15,889 bases of DNA from Lepidodermella squamata. Taxonomy: Eukaryota; Animalia; Gastrotricha. The DNA is taken from the NCBI GenBank assembly GCA_047495785.1, contig JBLDXI010000120.1, positions 1-15,889 on the forward strand, given 5' to 3'. This document shows positions 7,329 through 15,889 of the stretch, one piece after another (position 1 is the stretch's first letter; every line of letters begins with the position of its first letter). Under the pieces are notes generated by a model. It was not told the origin of the DNA and searched no databases. It worked only from the letters and a program-made list of their open reading frames with translations. The position numbers and the translations under genes are program-made.

Positions 7329-10300
7329 CTAAAATGAAAACATTAACTAATGCATGGAATAGCGTAAAGAATTCACAGTTTCCAGAATAAAAAACGGAGA
7401 TGCCACCCATGTAACGGCTAAATTCGACGTTGAAGTGTTGAAATTTATCGGATCAGATTCAGGCACGGCGTCGTTCAGCTGGCACAGTTGTGACTGAGAG
7501 TCGAAGTTTATCGACTTGCAAGTTCTGTTTGCTGTGCATAATTGCAGGCACTTGGCGTACGACACGCCAGTGAAGTTGGCTATCGAGTGTCTCGCGAATA
7601 AATAACCCGCCTGAGTTTGATACGAGTTGACCGCCGATCCATTGTTCGAAATTGGAGCTGATAATAAAAAGACTTTTAGCAAGCTCGAAACATAGCAAAA
7701 AAGAGTTACTCGAGGGACAAGGTCCATCTCTGACGACAATATCATCCAACCCGAGTTCGGCATATTTATTGTTTGCCGAGTACTTGATTTTTATGCTGAA
7801 AGGCGCGCTCGAAGTGATTGTAGTAGATATTTTGCGCCATTCATAGCCAGTCGTTCCGCCTCGGATTCTCAACACTACATCATCGTTTCTCATGATGGAA
7901 AGTTGACCAATCGATCTGCCTCGCAGGTTGTACCAGGCTTGGAAACAAACCGTCCCTCCGCCTGGGATCGTTGGGCTGATTAATTGTGCGAAATTGTTAG
8001 CTGTGCCTCCGATTCCGGGTGCGTAGGCGTAGAAGCCGCCAGCGTATGCGCCTGTGTTATCACCCTCAGGGCCGCTAATCGGCGTTCCAGGGGTTTTGCG
8101 TCGTATAACAAGAAACTGCCGAGCGGCTTTATTGTCACTGTACCAAGCACACGTGTCACCGCGCTCGAAGCTGCATGAGAAAGAACGATCATGAGGGCAG
8201 GCGCCGCGAAGTACGACTACGTCATCTATGGCTATGTCACCTCGATCCCCGTTACCACGAATTGCTTCAAAAGTCATTATTTGAGGGTAGCTAAGCTGTA
8301 AATTGACCATCGCCCGCAACCACGAGTTGAGTTGTGGACCGCTCCTGCTAAAAACCTCAACTTCACGGTAAGGCGGGAAGTTGCCGCCATAGGTAGATGA
8401 CAGATTTTGCGGCACGTAGAAAACTCGAAGTCCACCGATGTCGCTTCCCCACATGTGATAATAGAAAGTGAGGCAGAAATTCCCAGCCGCAATGGGGGGC
8501 ATATGAACTCGAGCCCTTGCACCAGGGCGAAGGCCGGTCGCTTCGAAATACAGGTAATGCCCACTCCCGCCAGTTGTTTGATCAGCATTAGGGCCAGTCA
8601 TTCCATTACCAGCTGGAGTCTCGCCTGAATTGCGGATCCAATCAGCATCATCAGTTTCATTTTGACGCCATCCACACGCTGCAATGCTGTTAGGCCCAGC
8701 CTCGAAGTCGCAGTCGACATACCCGAGGCACAAGTCAGTTCCATTCCTAACGTAGATATCGTCAATTTGAATCGTCCCGAATCTCTGGTAGTGCGTAGTA
8801 CCGTCGGACAGGCCGGTGCTGCTGGTGAAGGTCAAAACAGATGGCGTCTGGCTGTTGATTAACATTCGATGCTGTCGCCATGCTGGTAGCTGGTCACCCT
8901 GAACTGCGAATAGGAACCTGCCGGATTGATCGTTGATGCGCAACTCGCCAGCGTCGTAGCCGAATTGGAAGTAGTTGAAGATGAAGCACTTCAACCCGGA
9001 TGGGACAGCGGGTCCTGAAAGCCGCGTGACTCCACTCAGCGAGGCTCCTAAATCGTTGTCAGCGCTCAGGTAAGTGCCTTCGCCGGTGTAATCGGAAAGT
9101 GGGCCACTGCGGCGTGAAGTGGTGGCCAGTTCGAAAGATGTACAAGTCCATACATCATCAACTCCGTAACGCACAGGCCGCCATTGCGGCAAATTAAGAT
9201 CAGTACAATACACGAAATTCGCGTCGTTGATAGAGTCTGTTGCATCTTGCCAGGTTGGCAAAGGAGGGTTGCCTTTCAGGGCGTAGTCTGCGTACTGAGC
9301 CTGCAACTCGAAGGTGCATGGGCCGTCGAACAGCATGACGTCATCGAACGCAACTTTGCCGAGTTCATCGCCGTCGCAAAAGTTGAAAATGCGAATGAGA
9401 ATTCGGAACTCAACGTTGTAGTTCAACTCAACCTGCCAAGTCCTCCACGTCATCGGCGGCCCATCGACAGCGCCGCTTACTGTCCATCCTGCTTTGATGT
9501 AAAAACCGTCGGTGACTATGCCGGAAAATATTTGCAATCTTTGATTTAGAGAAGTACGAAAATGACGGAAGCGGAAGCACACAGGGCCGTTAGGCTTCGC
9601 AACTGGGGAGGAGAAGTCTGTGTAAAGGCTCGTGCAAGTTGACGTCGCCTTCCCACCGGTCATCACGTAGTAACCGCGCGTGTCTAGGAAATAAAATTAA
9701 TTTGAAAATTAATCCTAAAACATATTTGAAAACGTACTTCCCAAGTTCCAGTCCCAGTTCGGCGCGTTTCTATTGACGTTGTTCGTCCACGGCCCAACAA
9801 CCCCTGACCAGGTGTCAAGATCCATCGACCCTCCCGATATGGGGTCGCTACTGTCATCTGCTAAATTCCACCATCCGCACATGTGTTTATCGTCGAAAGT
9901 ACAGTTAAATGTAATGTATTGGGCTTGTAATTTGTCGAGCTCGCAAATCAAAGGGTAAGAAGTAGTTGTTATGCCTAGGAAACCGCTTGAACTCATAGCG
10001 ATATTCGTACCAGATCCAGGTTGGCTGGCTGCCCAGGCTGGAAATTATATTGTTAGCATGGTTATACCCACTAAAATTTCGTCATCTTTACGTAGGTATG
10101 TGATCGGGTATCCATCGGCATCGACCCAAGTGCTGCCGCTCAGCGACGCGCCGAGAATAATTGTTGACGCGCCGATCATACCTTTAATGTAGTCAAACTC
10201 GGTTTGGTTCTCCGGCCGCGCGGGCAAGCCCTGAAATCTCTGCCGGCAATATGCAATCGCATTCGTGGTAGTTTGAGAAACCGTGAGAAGTCTAAAATAG

Positions 10301-10740
10301 CATTTACGACCAAAATCCACCCAGTCTGGCGGACAAGGGGCTGTAAAATGAAAATAGCGCATTGCAATCTGTACGCGAAATTTGGCTTCTCTCTTACTCT
10401 TTGAGTCACACTGGCCCTCAGTCACCCGAATTTTGTCGATGGCGATGTCAGAATAAATTGTGGCACCGGTTGCCGCTGTGAAAACAATCTGATCCGGTTG
10501 GCTTAGGTAGATTGTTTTTGTAGCGAAGCGCCATTGATTCATTTGATTGCCAGTTCGAGTCCAAAACTGCTGTCCAGATTTGAACAACGAGGCAGTCAGG
10601 TAGTTCACGGGGCCACCCATGAAAAACCAAAACGAAACGCATCGCCAGCCCATCGGAATGACCGGAGACACCAACCGGGCTGTTTTACCATATAGGCCTA
10701 CTAAAGCTGCGTTCAAAACGGCATACTGGTCGAGAGCTAG
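6540..10740 (-). CDS. Gene B (spliced model, 5'-truncated at the fold-back junction): ...MAM-CTLD-MAM x4-PAN/apple-EGF-like-fibrinogen C-terminal domain; exons ~10740-10398, 10340-10092, 10037-9738, 9683-7710, 7657-7377, 7328-6540; about 1311 aa visible
   Basis: Five GT-AG introns (57, 54, 54, 52, 48 bp) join the ORFs in frame with phases 1,1,1,1,0. No internal stops after splicing; ends in TAA at 6542-6540. No start codon or signal peptide is present. Confidence 0.88.
7377..7657 (-). CDS. Gene B exon: PAN/apple domain
   Basis: SYAKCLQLCTANRTCKSINFDSQSQLCQLND has the C-x3-C-x5-C-KSINF-x6-C-x-L PAN signature. Flanked by introns 7709-7658 and 7376-7329. Confidence 0.87.
7710..9683 (-). CDS. 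Gene B long exon (1974 bp): rest of MAM2 plus MAM3, MAM4 (approx. 8712-8197) and MAM5 (approx. 8175-7717)
   Basis: Canonical MAM motifs CDFE...CGW.Q...D..DW.R.SG.TP...TGP..D.T..G.GHYLYFEA...CLTFYYHMWG...W...GDIAIDDV...C and CSFE...CAW...CFQAWYNLRG...LDDIVV..GPC. Confidence 0.92.
9738..10340 (-). CDS. Gene B two exons (10340-10092, 10037-9738): CTLD and start of MAM2
   Basis: CPPDWVDFGRKCY...A..YC.....LP...E...I...LG...W.D.DG...Y..W...QP...YPLICE, then FNCTFDDKHMCGW. Intron 10091-10038 reads GTAAAG...TTTCCAG. Confidence 0.85.
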
Positions 10741-13700
10741 AGTTCAAGCGGTTTCCTAGGCATAACAACTACTTCTTACCCTTTGATTTGCGAGCTCGAC
10801 AAATTACAAGCCCAATACATTACATTTAACTGTACTTTCGACGATAAACACATGTGCGGATGGTGGAATTTAGCAGATGACAGTAGCGACCCCATATCGG
10901 GAGGGTCGATGGATCTTGACACCTGGTCAGGGGTTGTTGGGCCGTGGACGAACAACGTCAATAGAAACGCGCCGAACTGGGACTGGAACTTGGGAAGTAC
11001 GTTTTCAAATATGTTTTAGGATTAATTTTCAAATTAATTTTATTTCCTAGACACGCGCGGTTACTACGTGATGACCGGTGGGAAGGCGACGTCAACTTGC
11101 ACGAGCCTTTACACAGACTTCTCCTCCCCAGTTGCGAAGCCTAACGGCCCTGTGTGCTTCCGCTTCCGTCATTTTCGTACTTCTCTAAATCAAAGATTGC
11201 AAATATTTTCCGGCATAGTCACCGACGGTTTTTACATCAAAGCAGGATGGACAGTAAGCGGCGCTGTCGATGGGCCGCCGATGACGTGGAGGACTTGGCA
11301 GGTTGAGTTGAACTACAACGTTGAGTTCCGAATTCTCATTCGCATTTTCAACTTTTGCGACGGCGATGAACTCGGCAAAGTTGCGTTCGATGACGTCATG
11401 CTGTTCGACGGCCCATGCACCTTCGAGTTGCAGGCTCAGTACGCAGACTACGCCCTGAAAGGCAACCCTCCTTTGCCAACCTGGCAAGATGCAACAGACT
11501 CTATCAACGACGCGAATTTCGTGTATTGTACTGATCTTAATTTGCCGCAATGGCGGCCTGTGCGTTACGGAGTTGATGATGTATGGACTTGTACATCTTT
11601 CGAACTGGCCACCACTTCACGCCGCAGTGGCCCACTTTCCGATTACACCGGCGAAGGCACTTACCTGAGCGCTGACAACGATTTAGGAGCCTCGCTGAGT
11701 GGAGTCACGCGGCTTTCAGGACCCGCTGTCCCATCCGGGTTGAAGTGCTTCATCTTCAACTACTTCCAATTCGGCTACGACGCTGGCGAGTTGCGCATCA
11801 ACGATCAATCCGGCAGGTTCCTATTCGCAGTTCAGGGTGACCAGCTACCAGCATGGCGACAGCATCGAATGTTAATCAACAGCCAGACGCCATCTGTTTT
11901 GACCTTCACCAGCAGCACCGGCCTGTCCGACGGTACTACGCACTACCAGAGATTCGGGACGATTCAAATTGACGATATCTACGTTAGGAATGGAACTGAC
12001 TTGTGCCTCGGGTATGTCGACTGCGACTTCGAGGCTGGGCCTAACAGCATTGCAGCGTGTGGATGGCGTCAAAATGAAACTGATGATGCTGATTGGATCC
12101 GCAATTCAGGCGAGACTCCAGCTGGTAATGGAATGACTGGCCCTAATGCTGATCAAACAACTGGCGGGAGTGGGCATTACCTGTATTTCGAAGCGACCGG
12201 CCTTCGCCCTGGTGCAAGGGCTCGAGTTCATATGCCCCCCATTGCGGCTGGGAATTTCTGCCTCACTTTCTATTATCACATGTGGGGAAGCGACATCGGT
12301 GGACTTCGAGTTTTCTACGTGCCGCAAAATCTGTCATCTACCTATGGCGGCAACTTCCCGCCTTACCGTGAAGTTGAGGTTTTTAGCAGGAGCGGTCCAC
12401 AACTCAACTCGTGGTTGCGGGCGATGGTCAATTTACAGCTTAGCTACCCTCAAATAATGACTTTTGAAGCAATTCGTGGTAACGGGGATCGAGGTGACAT
12501 AGCCATAGATGACGTAGTCGTACTTCGCGGCGCCTGCCCTCATGATCGTTCTTTCTCATGCAGCTTCGAGCGCGGTGACACGTGTGCTTGGTACAGTGAC
12601 AATAAAGCCGCTCGGCAGTTTCTTGTTATACGACGCAAAACCCCTGGAACGCCGATTAGCGGCCCTGAGGGTGATAACACAGGCGCATACGCTGGCGGCT
12701 TCTACGCCTACGCACCCGGAATCGGAGGCACAGCTAACAATTTCGCACAATTAATCAGCCCAACGATCCCAGGCGGAGGGACGGTTTGTTTCCAAGCCTG
12801 GTACAACCTGCGAGGCAGATCGATTGGTCAACTTTCCATCATGAGAAACGATGATGTAGTGTTGAGAATCCGAGGCGGAACGACTGGCTATGAATGGCGC
12901 AAAATATCTACTACAATCACTTCGAGCGCGCCTTTCAGCATAAAAATCAAGTACTCGGCAAACAATAAATATGCCGAACTCGGGTTGGATGATATTGTCG
13001 TCAGAGATGGACCTTGTCCCTCGAGTAACTCTTTTTTGCTATGTTTCGAGCTTGCTAAAAGTCTTTTTATTATCAGCTCCAATTTCGAACAATGGATCGG
13101 CGGTCAACTCGTATCAAACTCAGGCGGGTTATTTATTCGCGAGACACTCGATAGCCAACTTCACTGGCGTGTCGTACGCCAAGTGCCTGCAATTATGCAC
13201 AGCAAACAGAACTTGCAAGTCGATAAACTTCGACTCTCAGTCACAACTGTGCCAGCTGAACGACGCCGTGCCTGAATCTGATCCGATAAATTTCAACACT
13301 TCAACGTCGAATTTAGCCGTTACATGGGTGGCATCTCCGTTTTTTATTCTGGAAACTGTGAATTCTTTACGCTATTCCATGCATTAGTTAATGTTTTCAT
13401 TTTAGAAATTGAAAAATATCTGCACCCTCGATTCGACCCAATGCACGCTGACGAGGAGCTGTGTGACCATGCCGCATACGAATATGCTGGTTTGCCGATG
13501 CCTGGAGCCGCTGAAATCTTGCTACATGCCTCAAGATTGTTCTGTCATTATCGCAAATAATTACCGCGGTAAAGGAGTTTATTTAATCCAGCCAACAGCT
13601 ACCGCCATGGCGATCCCGGTAGCTTGTGAAACAGATTTGCCTAACAGCAGGAGCTGGACAGTGCTCGCTGTGAGGACGAACGGTGTCACTAGGTTCAACA

Positions 13701-14194
13701 ACCGAAATTTTGCGGAGTATCAACAATTTTTCGGATCTGCAAGCGGCGAGTACTGGATAGGCCTTGAAACTATGTCCCTACTTACTCAAAATTCTCAGTA
13801 CACGTTCGTAATCGATGGGAGAACGGCGAATGGAACATTAGCCGCGTCTCTGTACGGATCAGGTTTGTCGCCGATGGTCGTGTCATCTGCGAGCGACAAT
13901 TACCGCATTACCATCTATAAAGGTCAAGTCATGACCACTAGAATGTCAAATCAGACGTTCATAGCGAAAGATTCTCCGCCATCGGCTAATTCAGCCTGTT
14001 TGCCCTTGTTCGCTTTCTCGGGGTGGTGGTACGACCAAGCACCAAGTTGCCACGACGGTTTGATGACCGGCCCATACCGCCCAGGTGAATCGCTAGCCGG
14101 CGATAAATTAGGCATGTACGGCAGCAACATGACTAACCCCGAGATCGGGTTGGGTTTTATGCGCTGGAGAATCCTACGAGTCAATCCGGTGTAA
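10740..14194 (+). pseudogene. Mirror copy of gene B, more strongly 5'-truncated (starts inside the CTLD); exons 10740-10996, 11051-13024, 13077-13357, 13406-14194
   Basis: Identical translations to gene B. There is no upstream exon, and an in-frame TAG (10738-10740) immediately precedes the copied frame. May be artefactual. Confidence 0.7.
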
Positions 14195-14350
14195 AAGAAA
14201 TCATATTTCGCGCGTGATGCTTTGGCTACGACGCGATGGGAATTAACATTTCGCGAAAAGAACCATCAGTTATTTGAATGAGAGTGTTGTGAAATCGACC
14301 AATGCAGAATAAAATCTGTTCCATTTTCTTCATTGAAGAATTTTCAAGTA

Positions 14351-14799
14351 CCGTATTTTACGAATTATAAGACCCTGCCCTGCATTTTTTTCAAACCAGG
14401 TTCAAGTCCTGTATTTAGGGTCTGCCCTTTATTTCGGCTCTGCCCTTTATTTTTTCGAACCTAATCAGTCGCCTGAAGAGTACCTAGATCAACAGTCAAA
14501 ACCGCCGAATAACCACTAACCACTATAGCTACTGCCTTCCACCTGTGACTACACGGGTTAAGTGTTTGCTCAAGAGGATTAAGGTGGATAAAGGGCGATT
14601 TGTGCACTCACTGACGAAAAATCTCAACCTATCCAACTCTAACCACTCACCCAGCAGGTGCTCATGTAAGCCACTTCATGCAAGGCCCTGCCTATTAATA
14701 CGGTTCTGCCCTTTATTGTTTCAAATGACCATTACCCTCTGCCCTTTATTCCGGTTCTGCCCTATAATTTGGTCCTGCCTAATAATTCGTAAAATAAGG
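14351..14799. mobile_element. Mirror copy of the MITE (copied as part of the inverted arm, not an independent insertion)
   Basis: Same flanks and the same two TIR mismatches as 5935..6383. Confidence 0.85.
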
Positions 14800-15429
14800 T
14801 AGGTTAGAAATAATGTTCCAACAAATAGAATACGACTTGTTGACATTTCCATAATTTTGATGAGCAAACAATCCGATTTCAAGTTTCAATTCAGCAATCA
14901 CCTGAAACGTCCGAGAGTTGTAAATTGCAGCCTTATTTTGCTCTCGAAAACCCCGACGCTGAAAGGGCGAAATGACGATGAGCACTGATGGAAGGTGATA
15001 ACGCAGCGTTCTTCACTTTTTATCAGCCATGTAAAATACTGGACAAGTCCATGTAATAGCGTTCCGCGTTTCCAGGCAGGCAGTATTCGATGACAGTTCA
15101 AATTAACGCTTAAAGATAAGCACATGGCATTTAATAATTTAGGCGGCTGGTTTCAATTGTTTGATGCCGCCTGTTAAAGTACGGAAAAAATGTGAAATGC
15201 TTGGGGTGCGAACAAAAAAGTGTCAATTGCTGGTGTCGAGAAATCAACCCGGCCTTAACGACGCGATCCGTTGCTGTTTATTCAGTCACGAAGTATTATC
15301 TATCAACCGATAAGCCGAATCGCTAATGAAGTTGTTGGGAAGCAGCTCATCAAAAAAATTTCCGCTCTTTATCGAGAAAGACGCGCGGTTGCAGTAGTTA
15401 TTTTATTCAGACCTGCGCATTCTTCTGGA

Positions 15430-15889
15430 ATGTCTTTTTTACTCGTCTTGCCTCTGCTCCTCGGTGGCTTAATGGTAGTAACAGCAACAGAGGGCGATTC
15501 GTTCAACGTCTGCCAGAACACGACAATAAATTCCTATGACGAAAAATACGGGTACGTTACTAGCGACGGCTGGCCCGGCGCTTACGGGTACAATCGCAAT
15601 TGTTGGCTGCAGATAAACGTTCCCGACAAGGCGACGCAATACGTCTCCATTCGAGTAATTGACTACCAGTTTGACTATTCAACTTGGAGTGACAAAATCA
15701 CACTATGGACCCAGTCGGGAACTTCTTGGGATTGGGTTGCTGATTTCGGCGCGTGGACCGATTTCAACTTCATCAACAATTTTCGGACAAAAGGTCATTT
15801 GAGATTCAACTGGTACTCAGATGGGACTCGCAACTCGGCTTGGTCTGGAACGCCGCGATGGCGATTCTCATTCACCTTCCAACACATGT
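15430..15889 (+). CDS. Mirror copy of the start of gene A exon 1 (signal peptide + CUB1), runs off window
   Basis: ATG at 15430 (mirror of 5304): MSFLLVLPLLLGG...PRWRFSFTFQHM. Confidence 0.8.
   Translation, partial: MSFLLVLPLLLGGLMVVTATEGDSFNVCQNTTINSYDEKYGYVTSDGWPGAYGYNRNCWLQINVPDKATQYVSIRVIDYQFDYSTWSDKITLWTQSGTSWDWVADFGAWTDFNFINNFRTKGHLRFNWYSDGTRNSAWSGTPRWRFSFTFQHM

Larger units (their letters stand above)
4845..9994 (+). repeat. Left arm of 5150-bp inverted repeat
   Basis: ORFs here have identical mirror ORFs with coordinate sum 20734 (e.g. 7459..9666- / 11068..13275+; 6540..7325- / 13409..14194+). Spot-checked intronic, MITE and intergenic sequence is also identical. Confidence 0.98.
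10740..15889 (-). repeat. Right arm of the inverted repeat (reverse complement of 4845..9994); runs to the window end
   Basis: Begins GAGTTCAAGCGGTTTCC at 10740 (reverse complement of the sequence ending ...CTTGAACTC at 9994) and ends ...CCAACACATGT at 15889 (pairs with 4845). Confidence 0.98.

Noticed and set aside
7459-7709. C-terminal tail of the 735-aa ORF (NSFLLCFEL...ERRRA) as real protein or a TM segment
   Set aside because: It is read-through of intron 7709-7658 into the wrong frame. The PAN domain lies in the other frame.
8155-8244. Two RGD tripeptides in gene B (DRGDIAIDD, FERGDTC) as integrin-binding sites
   Set aside because: Both fall within the ordinary MAM consensus (GDIAIDD strand; CxFE..C start), so they are expected by chance.
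209-10404. Many 60-120 aa antisense or alternate-frame ORFs overlapping the exons
   Set aside because: They are shadow ORFs of ~50% GC coding sequence, mostly with non-ATG starts, and are not conserved between the paralogs.
1-10740. Successive overlapping ORFs in different frames read as frameshifted pseudogenes, programmed frameshifts or a bacterial operon
   Set aside because: Every break is bridged by a 48-57 bp AT-rich GT-AG intron that restores the frame.
4845-15889. The inverted arms as TIRs of a giant transposon or as a hairpin-RNA locus
   Set aside because: The arms consist of host gene exons and introns, the spacer is simply the continuation of gene B, no transposase is present, and the sense directions diverge from the centre with no evident read-through promoter.

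Overview
Eukaryotic (metazoan) genomic DNA, not prokaryotic. The fragmented ORF track is explained by 12 short GT-AG introns of 48-57 bp. On the minus strand lie two tandem paralogous genes for very large, probably secreted mosaic proteins. Gene A (ATG 5304, running off the left end) reads signal peptide-CUB-CUB-LamG/pentraxin-like x3-MAM-C-type-lectin-like-MAM-MAM-... Gene B (5' end missing at ~10740, stop 6540) reads ...MAM-CTLD-MAM x4-PAN/apple-EGF-like-fibrinogen C-terminal domain. Between them is a 449-bp TA-flanked MITE with Tc2/pogo-like CCGTATTTT ends. The dominant large-scale structure is a fold-back: 10740..15889 is the reverse complement of 4845..9994 (position i pairs with 20734-i; 5150-bp arms, 745-bp spacer, no difference found in any region I compared). 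The junction cuts gene B inside a MAM domain and has a short imperfect microhomology. This is either a very recent fold-back inverted duplication or, at least as likely, an amplification/sequencing chimera. Domain calls come from motif recognition by eye, not from database searches.
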